Origin: Lepidodermella squamata
Lineage: Eukaryota > Animalia > Gastrotricha
Reading direction: 5' to 3'
DNA: 64,000 nt
Assembly (NCBI GenBank): GCA_047495785.1
Contig: JBLDXI010000007.1
Location: forward strand, 3,968,001 to 4,032,000
The number at the start of each line of letters is the position of its first letter. Position 1 is the stretch's first letter. Shown here piece by piece: positions 1-12,425 of this stretch. The translations under genes were made by a program, and so were the position numbers. The notes below the pieces were generated by a model. It was not told where the DNA came from and did no database searches. It was given only the letters and a program-made list of their open reading frames with translations.

Positions 1-2431
1 CCAATAATGGCCTAACATATACACAGTAGGCCCATTTGAGGATATGAGGAGGTTGGCCTTTCAGGGCCCTGAGAATAAGGTTAGCCCGATTGTAGGCTTT
101 AGAAATTATATCATTGATGTGAGATTTAAAATTCAACCTATCATCAACTATCAGACCCAAATCTTTATAGCTTGAGCACTTTTTAAGAGGTGAGCCACCG
201 AGGACGTAAGTAGAATGAGGATTTTTTGGGCCCAGGTGCAGTACGGCACACTTTTCCAGCGATAACTTTAGTTGCCAAGTTGTGATCCACTTGAATAAAT
301 TATTGAGCGATAAAGATAGGCGTTTAGAGGCGGAGTCATCGTCACGATAGAAAAGAACGTAAAGCTTACAATCGTCAGCGAAGAGTTTGATCGAGACACC
401 TTTCGGTAGGGAAGAGGTGAGATCATTTATATAGATAAGGAATAATAGAGGACCAAGTACCGAGCCTTGAGGTACCCCACTAGAAACAGAACTTTCACTA
501 CTTAACGTGCCATTAACGTTAACTTGCTGAGAACGTTCGGTAAGATAAGAAGACAGCCAATTTATAAGGTTTCCGGAGACACCTAGCGATTCAAGTTTCA
601 TAAGCAGTTTTCTGTGGCAAACAGTGTCGAAAGCTTTAGCTAGGTCAATATATACTATATCCACACAATTCGAACTTTCAATGGCGAAAGACCAGTCGAG
701 GAAACATTCTAACATTTGCGTTGCAGTGGATTTAAGCCTCATGAAGCCATGTTGTTCAGCTGAAATAATATTATGGTAAAGAAGATAGTCTAATAAGTTA
801 TTACGAATAATAGTTTCCAATATTCTACATGGCGTAGGAGTAAGCGAGATTGGCCTGTAATCAGCAGGATTTTTTGAGTTTCCTTTTTTTGGAATGGGCG
901 TGACGAAGGCTTTTTTCCAAGACTTAGGAACGTGACCTTGAGACAATGAGAGGGAGAAAATATGAGTCAGAGGTTTAGCTATAGAAGAGCCTAATTTTTT
1001 GAAGAAGACAGTAGGAAGGCCATCTGGGCATATCGAATGAGAATCAGACAGGTTTAGAATAATTTCAAGAGTAGAGTCTTCGTTAAAATTCAAAGATGCG
1101 AGACAGTCATTAATACTACTCGTAAATTGAGGGGTCAAATTATCATCAAGAGTGAAGACAGAGGAGAATTGGTCATTTAGAGCCTCGGCTTTTTCGCGGT
1201 TTTCAACACATAGAACACCAGAGCTATTAAGAAGAGGAGGAATTTTTGAGTGATCGCCTAATTTAGAATTTACAAAGCTGTACATTTTAGATACATTTTT
1301 CGAAGAAATCATATTTCTCACATTATCATTTTCAAATTTTTCAACAGCAGTTTTATACTGAGAAGCAAGTAGATTGAAGGTGTTAAGAGCAGCACAATAA
1401 TTAGGTGAGCTAGTTTTTAAAGATTTCAATTTGCGCCACGCATTGAGCTTTTTATTACTAAGTTTACGGATGTTCTTTGGATATTTGAAACGTTTTTTGA
1501 TGTTTGAGCGAGGAGGAACCCATTTATCAACAAGAGATAGAAGAAAGGAATTGAATTTGATGTAAGATTTTTCAACATCATGGTCACAATCGAGGAAGAA
1601 ATCATCCCAATTTACTTCATTCAGACTTTTACCGATCTGGAGAAAGTCAGCCTTGTGAAAATTATAATTGGATATTTCAGGGGTTTTCAGCGAGTGAGGA
1701 GAAAATGAGTTCACATCGATATCAAAGAGAATAGAATAATGGTCGCTGGTGGAGAAAGGTTCAGACACACATAAATTGAAAATACTGCGACTGGAGTTTG
1801 AAAGCACAACGTCAAGAATGGATTCACTGTCTTTTTTAGTAGGTTCGAACACATGTTGTAGTAACGAATTTTTTGAAAAGCAGTCTAGAAATAGAGTTTC
1901 CATTTTATGATAAGATTTGTTCAGATTTTCCCAGTCGATTTTTGGCAAATTTAGATCGCCAACTACAAAAATCGGATGAGAGCAGTCGGATAGGTAAGAT
2001 AGGAGAGAACACAGCGTTTTACCATAGTCGTAATCAGCGGGAGAATAATAAGGCGGGCGATAAAAACCGACGACGCGTTTCGAGCAATTTTTTGAGACCA
2101 CCACATCAATAGCTATAGCTTCCACACCGCCGAATTCAGCAGGAATGTCAACAGTTAAGAAGTTTATATGATTTTTTACAAAAATACACACCCCACCGCC
2201 ATGAGAAACAGAATTACGGTCACACCTTACCACAGAGTAATTACCATTTGTTATCATACCATTGCTAGTGCTAGCATCAAACCAGGTTTCGGTAATGATT
2301 ATAATATCATACTCATTTTTGTTAAGTAGAATTAATAGTTCCACGGTTTTATTGTTGAGACTTCTAGAGTTGCAATAATACACTTTATAATAGAATTGGT
2401 CAAAGTGGGCCAGAGTAGTGCCTGCTGCTGT
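1..2431 (-). CDS. CR1/L2-clade LINE ORF2 (APE endonuclease + reverse transcriptase), running off the left edge of the window
   Basis: Manual minus-strand translation gives an APE start motif (YYCNSRSLNNK) and RT motifs IVYIDLAKAFDTV, GVPQGSVLGPLLFLIYINDL and LFADD. It is probably missing from the ORF track because no stop is reached before position 1. Confidence 0.9.
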
Positions 2432-3112
2432 CTAGGCCGTCTTTTTTGCCCTCGGGGGTAGAGCCGCAGCTACAGCGTCTTCAATCAGGTCGCAATCGGT
2501 GAAAGAATACGAGAAACTGCCAGCCGATGTAATCAGCTGGAAACCTCCCGGTCCGTAACCGTGTTTCAGACCAGTATTAGCCATCTTCAACTCCTCCAGC
2601 TTTTCGTGAACCAGACGATTCATATTGGACCGATGTTTGGTGAGATAACGCTTAACCACAACCTTGGCTTGATTCTTCGTGTCCGGCTTGTGTTTATTCG
2701 TGCAATTCTTCAGGATGACCTCCGCTTCAGCCGATTTTAACTCGACCTTGATTGGACGAGGTTTAGACTGAGTGGCCGGCCGACCAACGGGCCTAGTGCC
2801 AAGGCGTGCGGCTTTGAAAGTGACATCAGCCAACTCGGGAACATGCTCTTTAATGGTGTTAATAATACTATCTTCATTTGCCTCCGGAACGTTGTAAATC
2901 AGAGCGCAATTTGCCAGTTGAGATTCTTCAACTCGATTCAGCTTGATGTTTATCTCAAAATTACCAGCAGTAAGTTGGTCCACCTTTGCTTTGAGTGAAT
3001 CGATTTCCGATTTGATCTCATTTACCACTAGCGTGTGGTGAGCCTTAAGCCGCTCCTCAACACCATCAATAAGGGACTTGAAAAAGGCCTTGTCGGCGTC
3101 GTTAAGAGGCAT
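2432..3112 (-). CDS. LINE ORF1 (coiled coil + RRM-like domain)
   Basis: 226-aa ORF with an N-terminal coiled coil followed by LIYNVPE...RLG...PRPIKV, typical of CR1/L2 ORF1. It lies directly upstream of ORF2. Confidence 0.85.
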   Translation of the reverse strand: MPLNDADKAFFKSLIDGVEERLKAHHTLVVNEIKSEIDSLKAKVDQLTAGNFEINIKLNRVEESQLANCALIYNVPEANEDSIINTIKEHVPELADVTFKAARLGTRPVGRPATQSKPRPIKVELKSAEAEVILKNCTNKHKPDTKNQAKVVVKRYLTKHRSNMNRLVHEKLEELKMANTGLKHGYGPGGFQLITSAGSFSYSFTDCDLIEDAVAAALPPRAKKTA

Positions 3113-3758
3113 TTAATTATTTGGCTCAAAGCCAGTATATTAAAAAATATTTTTTAAAGCAAGTTGTTGTTAAAAAGCAGCAAAAAATCAAGTTGCTTTT
3201 AGAAGTTGCTTTTTAGGGCAATATTTGTTGCTAATGAAATTTAGCTTATACCCCAGGGTAAAATTTAATCGATACTGCGCAAAATATGATACTTCCGCAA
3301 TTTCGATAAACAAATTTATATAACTTACGGGGCGAAATTTTTCATTAAAATCGGTCAAGTAAAACTTGAAATTAATTAAATGTTGAAGAACAATGCTATT
3401 TTATTCAAACATTTTGAAATCAATCTTCAAAACTCACGTGGCATGGAAATCAACGATAATTGGATCAGCCGAGCCAGCAACCTTGGCCTTGAACTCGTCC
3501 TCGTCCTTGACTTCAAAATAGTGCTCCGGCATTTTCCGAAAATCAAAAAACAATCACAAATAAACTAAAAACAATAGTAAAAAAACAGTAAAATATCGAA
3601 AGCTCAGCAATTTTCATCGCCATCGGGTCAAAATATATCGTAGGATTACGCGTAACATTAACGGCACATTTTTTCACCTCGAATTTTGAACTCAAGGAAA
3701 TTTCATTGGAGTGATTTTTTCGTGTACTAATATAAAGAATGGGAGGAAAAGTTCGGCT

Positions 3759-4166
3759 TTATTTCGCCTCTGCAATCGCTTTGTTGATGAACGACTTGAT
3801 TTTATCCTCATCAGCCAGCCCGACGAATTTATCCGTAACCTTGCCGCCGCTCATCGCAACCACAGTCGGTACAGACTGAACGCCGAATTTGATGGCTAGG
3901 TCTTGCAATTCATCGATATCAACTTTGGCTAGTTGAATCTTGCCCTTGAATTCAGTCACGGCGTTTTTCAGCCGCGGGTCTAGCATTTTGCACGGGCCGC
4001 ACCATGTCGCGAAAAAATCAACAATAATCGGCTCTTTCGATTGAACGACGCGTTTTTGGAAGTCTTCCTCGTCTTGAACGTTGAAATAAGACCGAAGCGC
4101 AGGCGAAAAGCTGAAAAACCGCTGCTGGGTTAAATTCGCAGTTCGAGTTACCAAACGAGTCAACAT
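3759..4166 (-). CDS. TXN2: Mitochondrial thioredoxin (thioredoxin-2), intronless
   Basis: WCGPC active site, thioredoxin fold motifs (VDID, VPT) and an Arg-rich N-terminal mitochondrial presequence. Confidence 0.92.
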   Translation of the reverse strand: MLTRLVTRTANLTQQRFFSFSPALRSYFNVQDEEDFQKRVVQSKEPIIVDFFATWCGPCKMLDPRLKNAVTEFKGKIQLAKVDIDELQDLAIKFGVQSVPTVVAMSGGKVTDKFVGLADEDKIKSFINKAIAEAK

Positions 4167-4281
4167 TTTCGGATTTAAAAAATCTACAAAATCAAATTTT
4201 AATAATCAGACTATTTTTTGGTTGTTTTTCTGTCCAGACTCAACAAAATAATGAATGAGCTATTTTTGATTATTGTAGAGA

Positions 4282-6749
4282 CTATTCTTTTTTCTCACGC
4301 TCGTCATCAGCGTCGTCGGCTTTTTCTTCGTCAATATCTGCATCCATTTCATCTTCGTCTTCTTTGCAGTCAGCCTCTTCACTTGAGCCTGCATTTGAGG
4401 CCTTATCCTCACCTTCACCAGCCCCATTATCACCATCTTTACCTGTAAATTTACAAAATATTCCGGTAATTATTTCTTAAATTTTTGTTTCCTTCGCCAA
4501 ATCAGTTGAATATTATCACTAATTTTTACCAAATTTGCCGCTTCGGTCATTTGAATGAATGCCGCACAGTCGTAAGAAGTGTGATCGCTCGTATTTTGCC
4601 ACAAAAACGCGGCAAGTTGCTTTGCCGCGCCAGCCAGCCATCAAAACTTCGAATCCGTCTTGAGCCAATCGGAAAATGCAAGTGCCAATATCGAAAGTCT
4701 CCAACTGTTTGCCAACAGCCGACGACATTCGCCCGTTGTATGGGCCTTTTTCCGACGACAGCAGCATTACAGCGTCTTTTTTCGTCGATAAGTCGATCAC
4801 TCGATTTTTGATATATGGCTTCAGGACTGAGACGCAGTCCTGGCAGATTCGGAAATCGCACGGCGAATTTACGGAATGAGAACGGGCAAAACACCGAACT
4901 CCAACGCAGATCGGTCGTAAGTGATCGTTTTGTTGAACTAGAGTTCGAATTCTCGGAGAAACTAGGAAGAAGATCCGACGACGGGATCCTTCAGTTCGAG
5001 AACACAGGCAATTCGCAGTTATGTATGTTCCATCGGGCCCGGTTGTATCGAACTTGAAAAATTCGCTAATTTGCTTCCAATCATCGCTGTCTTCTTTCAA
5101 CCAAATCAATGGAGCTTCGTTCAAGAACGGCTGTCGCTTACCACCGCGACGATTATTGCCATTTCTGACGATAGCAGGCTTTTGCTCTTGCGGCTCAACA
5201 AGCTCCTCCAATTTTGGTTTCTTAGCTTCGTTTTCAGTTGCAGCATTTTCAGTCGCAGCGTTTTCTTCGCCCTTCGCAGCAGCTTCAGCGGCTAATGCCA
5301 GCGGATGCATTGATTTCTGCCAGGCGAGTTTGCCTTTCTTCTCAAAAACAGCGACGAAAAAGCCACCGGTATCGTTATCGTGCGGAAGGATTCGAATACA
5401 ACGTTTCAACTGCTCAGCAATAGCAGGGTCCATATTTTCAGGGCAGAACAAGCCTGAATGGAATGACCTTCGCAGGGCTTGAGGCACGTCTTCAACTTTA
5501 TTCATTTTAACGCCATCCTGGGTGACGAAACTCCATTGAGTAAGGCCTTGACGCGTTTTGAAGCCAGGAAGACGATCCGAAATGTCGACAAGTCGAAGTG
5601 AGTCGCCTCCAGCTTCAAGCACTGACGCAACTACTGCTTCGTTTTCAGCAGGGTTCAGTGAGCAAGTTGAGTAGACGAGGCGACCTTCGCCATCAGATCG
5701 CAACATCTCCAGACCCCGGCGAAGAATTCGCTGTTGAAGCCTGTGAAGTCCGGCGCCTTGAGTGAGCGACCACCGTTTCCAAATGATCGGGTTCTTTCTA
5801 ACAGTTCCGTCACCTGAGCAAGGTACATCGCACAGTACACGGTCGAATTGAAGGTAGGTTCCATCAGCCGTTTTCAGTGAAGGATAAGTTGAGGCATCGT
5901 GGCATGAAACGCACATCAGTGGGCTTTGAAGGCGCTTCAGTTGATGAACCATCAGCTGGCAGCGTTTCGCATCATTGTCATTGGCTATGACAAATCCACG
6001 CGTTTGCGCTAGTGCCATTCCAGCTGATTCTTCGTCAGCATGGAGCATCTCCAGGATTTGAGCAGTCTTTGAGCCTGGAGCAGCGCACATATCAAGAACA
6101 GCATGACCTGGCTTCACGTCAAGCAGCAGAGGTGGAATCATAGAGACAGTCTCTTGGCGACTGATTCCTCCAGCTTCGGTTTCAGAAATCAACATCTCAT
6201 GAAAGCGTTGATATACGGCAGTTCTGGGACATTTTAATAACATTAAGCGAACGTTTCAAACAACTTATACAACACAAACCTGCGGATCGTGCGGCGATCC
6301 ATTTGAAGCTGAAAAGCCAAGCCATCAGGATACCAAGTTAAGCGACGGAAATCGCAGGTGGAACCTGATTCGTCACCTAAGAAATGTGAAAAAATGTTAG
6401 GTAGCCAGGCTTCAGAACAGCTAAAACACGCACCTGTGGCTTCCTTGTTTTCAACATCCAATTTACTTAAATATTCTTCTTCAATGATTTTCAGCATAGC
6501 TTTGGCTTCGCTGCGAAATCCTGTCACGCGAAATGCGATGGGCAGAGGATTTTTCGCGGCAGTCATAAAGGCTTCCCATTCTTCTTCAGGAACGATTCCA
6601 AGGCCCTTATAGAATGCTTCGAAGTAGTTGTTGCCACGGTGAGTCCAATTATCGTTACTCTTGTCCTTAAATTGCTCGCGGAACTTTTCGCGACCAGACT
6701 TTGCTGCCTGAGGGTTTTGAGGTTCTGCAGCAACTACAGCTTCTGCCAT
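4282..6749 (-). CDS. NSUN2: RNA/tRNA (cytosine-C5)-methyltransferase, multi-exon (introns about 6378-6434, 6224-6279, 4443-4529)
   Basis: Motifs ISRQETVSMIPP, LDMCAAPGSKT, DVPCSGDG, VYSTCSLNP.ENE and PHDNDTGGFF. GT-AG introns join the ORFs, and an acidic last exon ends in TAG at 4282-4284. Confidence 0.93.
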
Positions 6750-7450
6750 TGCTATTTAGAGACTATCAAAAAATTAATCGGCAAAAACTGCAAAAGATTT
6801 GACGAAAACAACTATCAGCTGTGTCGGCAAAAAACCGGCGCGCAATTTTTTGGCCGAATATTTGAAAATATAAGACAATAAGAATTTGACGTTTAATAAA
6901 TTAAAAAGTTTTTGATTTGTTTTATTTATCTTTAAAATATTGACCTTCAATGCAATAAAAAATATTTTCCGGTAATCATTGAGCCTCTTTTCGAAAGGGA
7001 GGGTTACAAGCTACTTTGGGCTGCAGGGTGTGTCTCTCGTACGCGAGTTCAGCAGCGTTTTTTTCGAGCAGTTTCTCTCTGGTTTGTGGTGGCGTGAGTG
7101 ACTTTGGTAGTATAGCAAAGATAGCAAAGAATAGCAAAGTAATAGTGTACTTTTTCCTAATATTTACTTGCTACTTTCTACTTTTCATTGTGCGCGATCT
7201 GTATTTTCCAGATGCCAGCGAATGTTATTGACCATTGACTACCGACTACCTACTACCAGGAGCAGTAGCGTCTGATTATTGGGGGTCGGCGAATTTAAGA
7301 TTTAAGATACAAACTACATATTCTTTTTCATTGGTCATTGATTCCTAGAGCCTAGAGCCCAGAATACTTCATACTTCAATTATTGACCTTTCTGTTTTCA
7401 AGTATTTGTCTCTTTCCTCTAGATAAAAACTTGACTATTGAACGATTTGG

Positions 7451-9037
7451 ATGGATAGTGCAAGCGAGGTTGAAAGCTTGCACGAAAGCGACGCAAGCTC
7501 AGTCGATGGCGTGAACCTGCTGCAGCAAGGCAGTAGTGGGTATCATAATGCATCACGTGAACTGCTCATTAAGCGACTGGAGTCGCTGTCTCAGGAAAAC
7601 AAAGTTCTCAAGCTGGATCTTGAAACCACCAAACTGAAGGTGAAAGCTCTTCAAAATGAAAACAAAGACCTTCGACAAGCCAGTGTACACATTGTAAGTG
7701 TTTTGCAGGCTCTCATATTTATATTCATGTCATATTCCTGATTTTTATTTCAGCAAGCCATGGCGGAACAGGAGGAAGAGTATATTAGTAACACATTGAT
7801 GAAGAAAATTGATTCTCTGAAGCGCGAAAAGGAAACTCTCGCTATTAACTACGAACAGGAAGAAGAATGTTTGACAAATGAACTAACGCGCAAAATGGTC
7901 AAGCTCAAGGAAGAGAAAGACCAGCTCGAACAAACGCTGGAACGCGAGCAGGAGCAGCAAGTTAGCAAGTTGGTGAAAAAGATAAAAAACCTCGAGTCCG
8001 AAACCATCTCTAAGCAAAGTGTTCTGGAACAACTGCGGCGGGAAAAGGTCGAACTTGAAAATGCGCTAGAGCAGGAGCAGGAAGCGCTGGTGAATAGGCT
8101 CTGGAAGCGGATGGACCAGCTCGAGACTGAGAAGCGAATGTTACAAGGCAAAATCAATGAGCCAGTGTCGATAACCGATGACCCGTCTGTTCGCTCAATG
8201 TTGCAGCCAGTCCCTCATTCAGGCCCATTGGGTGACCAGATTCAATCACTTCAACATCACATCACTCGGTTAAGAGATGAAGTAATGAAGCTAAAAGATC
8301 AGCTATCGTCTGCAAACAAGCAGCACGCGCAGCAAATGCAAGAAGTCGCTCAGGAGGAGAAGCAGTTACGCGAGGAGAATCTGCGCTTACAGCGCCGGTT
8401 GCAGATGGAGGTTGAGCGGCGTGAAATGCTATGCAGGCATTTGTCAGAGTCCGAATCGAGCTTAGAAATGGAAGATGAACGGCATTTTAACGAGCTGAGT
8501 AAAACTGGGCATTTATTCCCGGTCCCCGCCACCGCAGCGGCGGCGGCTGCGAGCGGAGCTGCGTTAGGCGCTGGTCCTATGATTACCGAACCTGTCGTGG
8601 CTGCCGCTGCGAAAAATCGAGCGGTTTCTAGCCCGGTTCCGTACGGAAATCCGCTTCATGTTCGAACCATCTCGCCAGCTATTGCGGCGGCTGGCGGTGC
8701 TCTACCGAACTTGTACGGCCCGCCCAGCCCGGCGAGGTCTTCAGTTTCGTCCTCAGCCTCGTCTTGCCCAACCTGCGGCCAGGCGATGTCGATAACGCCG
8801 GCGTCATCCACTGCACATTTGATCTCGTCTGTCGCGCTCAGCTCGTCCCCACCACCGCCTCTAGCCGGTGTTTTGAGGTCCAACTCGCACCAGCGTCTAG
8901 CGACGCAAGGCTCGAACAGCTCGCCCAACCCGGTGCCGGTTTCTTCGTCAACGCCTTCCGCTGCCGTGCCTCGCTTCGCTAGTCCGAGCCCGCATGCGCA
9001 TCACACCCATCAACACGCGTCGAACCATCATCATTGA
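7451..9037 (+). CDS. CCDC6: Coiled-coil domain-containing protein 6, two exons (intron about 7694-7753)
   Basis: MDSASE start, [41 protein letters not shown] and [18 protein letters not shown]. Confidence 0.93.
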
Positions 9038-9797
9038 AATGAATTCGTTATCTATACCTGCCCGGTGGTCTGAAAAAACTGAGAACCGTTGACTGTTATG
9101 CTATTCTAAAAGGATTGGTCTTGATGCTATTAATAATATTGCTAAAATTTGTGGAAAAAAATCGTAAAGAAAAATTATGAGAGAATACAACTACACGTTT
9201 TTTGGTTCATTTTTTCTGTAAAATCGCAGTTCGAAAGTCTCTCTGTAATTTCTCTTTATGATTTGGAATTGCGAGCAAATTGTCAGCATATTTACGTGAA
9301 AAATGCATGTTCTCGTTTGCTCTTGGTAATTCTGTGTTCTTTCGTCTCGAGTCATTCAAAAATGATCGCCCGGTTGCCGTTGAAATAGAACATGACATGC
9401 TTTATACGGTGAAAAATGGTTGCTGCATTATCCTGCCGATAAATGAAATGAAAGTAATATTATTCTATGCGGTCTCTAGAGAACACGTGTCTCGCTATCT
9501 CTCCTTCCGTAGTAAGAGTGTGTGTCTAATGAATGCGTCTCGCTAGCTCGCTCTCTTTCTCGTGTTCTCGTTTATAATCATATTCTTCATCTCTTGTCTC
9601 TTTTTCTTGTCTTGGAAATCAACAAAATTCATGATGAAAAGCACTAAGATGTCCCAGTCATGTTTTCAAAGACAAAAAATTTGTGCGATTATGTTTTGCT
9701 AATTCGAGAATGAAGCGCTTTGGTAGAAAATACAATCCATTTTTTCTTAATTTTAGGGCTTTTATTTAACTATATTTCCGCATTTTTGTGAGGCGAA

Positions 9798-12425
9798 ATG
9801 GGTCGCAAGAAGAAAAAGCAAGTCAAGCCATGGTGCTGGTACTGCAATCGTGAATTCGAGGACGAAAAGGTAGGATTTATCTCTCAATTTTCGCCTTAAT
9901 AATCAATGAAAAAATTTTTTACTTAGATTTTGGTGCAGCATCAGAAGGCGAAACATTTCAAATGTCCGGTTTGTTACAAAAAGCTGACTACAGGCCCGGG
10001 ACTTGCGCTCCACTGCGTACAGGTAAATTTGCCGCCTTTCCGTTGATTTTTCCCTCGTTGATGTGTGCGAATATGCGATTTATCATATCAGCAACAAATT
10101 AAGGCCTCAATTCTTTCTGCTGGATGATCACATGTCTTCTTACTCGAGTGAAATGATGATGATGAGTACTTGACGCGACTCTGCGCTCTCTACTTCCACT
10201 AATTTTGACCGGTTTGAGACGATTTTCATTGATATTTTTTAATTATTAAAAAATTCTCTCATGTGCGTGCCGTTGTTCGAAAGTTGCCGATGCGGTTGCT
10301 GCTGCATTTTTGTGTTCGATTTTCTTCCTAACAGATCATCATTGACGCCGCCAGCTGAGCCGACGCGACTACCAATTTTGTCAAAATAAATCACGTTTGT
10401 CAACAAAAACATGAAGAAAAACTAGGATAAACTAATTGTAGCTCAACTAATTAGGCCAGAAATTAAGATAAATCAAGCCCCGTAAAATTTGTCGATTTAT
10501 TTTTGAATTTTCAAAGTTTCTAATGCTTTGAATCTGAGATAGGAGTGCACTTCAATTTTCCGACTTCTTCTGATTTTTGCTATTTTATTTTTCCGCTATC
10601 TAGGTTCACAAGGAGAAGGTGGACAAAATTCCGAACTCGCTACCGCATCGCAGTAATGTCGAAGTCGAAATTTATGGTAAGTTGATCTTGAACTTCTTAC
10701 TCAACGTTACCTATCAACGTGGAAAAAATCGTCGAACAAATTTCCATCTTGTTAATTCAGTATATGAATTTCAAAATTGATAAGGCATTTTCGAGCTTTC
10801 AACTCATTTTTTTCGTTCTGCTGAAAATGAGCAATTTTGACTGAAACTGACTGAAACTGATAAATTATTCAAATTTAATTTCTCATTATTTACTTTAATT
10901 CAATTTTACAGGCATGGAAGGCATTCCACCCGAGGACGCTCGCGAGCATGAACGGCAAAAATACGGCGGTAAAGGCAAGTTTCAAGTTAATTCATAACGT
11001 TTCGAAAGTTTTTAAATAGTGGAATGATGTTGAAAATATTTGCTACTTCAGAGTGATCAATGAGACTAATCTTAATTTTCTGACCTTGATCGAATCGAAA
11101 TTTCTATCAATTTTACTGATTAATTTTTTGAAAATTAAGTCAATTAATGGTTTTTAAATTTTGCAGATGATGGGTCTGATGATGATTCCCGCGGCCCGTC
11201 GACGAGTGGCTACGCAACGGCGATCGCTCAGGCGAACGTCTCGGGCGCTTACGGCTACGGCGTGGCGCCCCCTCTGCCGCCCAACGCGCCGCCAATCGCG
11301 CCTCCGCCCGTGCCGACCAGTGTCTACCCGCGCTACCCACCACCCGGTCTCGGCATGCCGCCCGCCCCGCCCTCCGTCGCCCCGTTCACCATCGGCGCGC
11401 CCCGGCCGCCAGCGTACGGCTACCCGCCTCGGCCGTCGCTGTTGCCGGCCTCCATTCCAGCGCCGGCCGGCTTCCCAGCCGCGGCCGTGGTCGCCGCGCC
11501 GCCCCCGCCACCACCCATGCCCAGCCAGCCGCTGTTCCCGTCGGCAATGGTGCCTCAAGCGGCGCCTGTATCAGCCGCCGCCGCCGCCCCTCTACCGCCC
11601 CCACCATCGACCACCGACGGCGAGTCGAGTCAAAATGGCGGCGGAGATCAGTCAGGTAAAATATAGCAAGAGCATTTTTCCACTCAAGTACCAGGACAAC
11701 ACACTGGATTGTGAAATAGAATGTGAAGAGCGAGAGAAACGTAGAGTTACGACGAAGTGTGCGATGAAGCCCATCGTAACGAAGGGTAGCCTTGAACGAA
11801 AAATGTGAATCCCAAAAGTTTAAAATAAGCTTTTGTAAATTTCTGAAATATGAACCCTGGAGGGCATGGTTAGTCCTTATTTTTCTCTGGGATTTTATCC
11901 AATTGCTTTGGCAATTTCAAACTTGGACGTGTTAGCTCGAACAAATTCCGTCGAATTTAGAAGACAATGGCTTGATATTTTTACATTGCATCGGCCAAAT
12001 TGGGTATTTGACATGTATTCTATTCGATTTTCCTCCGAATGTTTTGCACCATCAAGTTCACCGTTGAAAACTGTAACATATTTCGGTTTTCTGTATCATT
12101 CAGCTGAAATGAGGCCATTTTACGGTTGAAAACGAGTGATTTAATTTCGATTTTTGTTTGTTTCCTTCAAGGCGAACCGACCGTGCGGATCGTGCATCCT
12201 GAGGAGGACGCGTCGCTCGAAGAAATCCGCGCCCGCATGCCGCAATACGCGAAAGTGGCGACCGTGGTGGCGCCTCCGCAGCCCCAGCAACCGGCCGTGA
12301 CGGCGTACCTGCCGCAACCACCTGTTGCCGTGGCGATGGCCTACGCCGCGCCGCCGCAGTACGCGTACGGGGCGCCGTTGGCGTACGCTGCGGCGCCGCC
12401 ATTTCCAGGCTACGGGCCGCGCTGA
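9798..12425 (+). CDS. ZNF207: BUB3-interacting GLEBS zinc finger protein (BuGZ). Exons about 9798-9869, 9928-10022, 10603-10676, 10912-10975, 11167-11655, 12172-12425
   Basis: [44 protein letters not shown], a Pro-rich middle region and GLEBS motif [13 protein letters not shown]. Confidence 0.93.
11021..11085 (+). ncRNA. Intronic box C/D snoRNA, U24/U76-like (28S rRNA 2'-O-methylation guide)
   Basis: C box ATGATGT (11024-11030); guide AATATTTGCTACT complementary to conserved LSU rRNA AGTAGCAAATATT; D' box CAGA; D box CTGA (11080-11083); short GG/CC terminal stem; located in a ZNF207 intron. Confidence 0.8.

Larger units (their letters stand above)
1..3240 (-). mobile_element. CR1/L2-like non-LTR retrotransposon, 5' portion; 5' boundary approximate
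   Basis: 5'UTR + ORF1 + APE-RT ORF2. The 3' end lies outside the window. Confidence 0.85.

Noticed and set aside
11670-11810. Possible H/ACA snoRNA in the last ZNF207 intron (hairpins, AGAGAA, GTTACGA/TCGTAAC stem)
   Set aside because: No ACA box at the expected place and no identifiable target; needs a covariance search.
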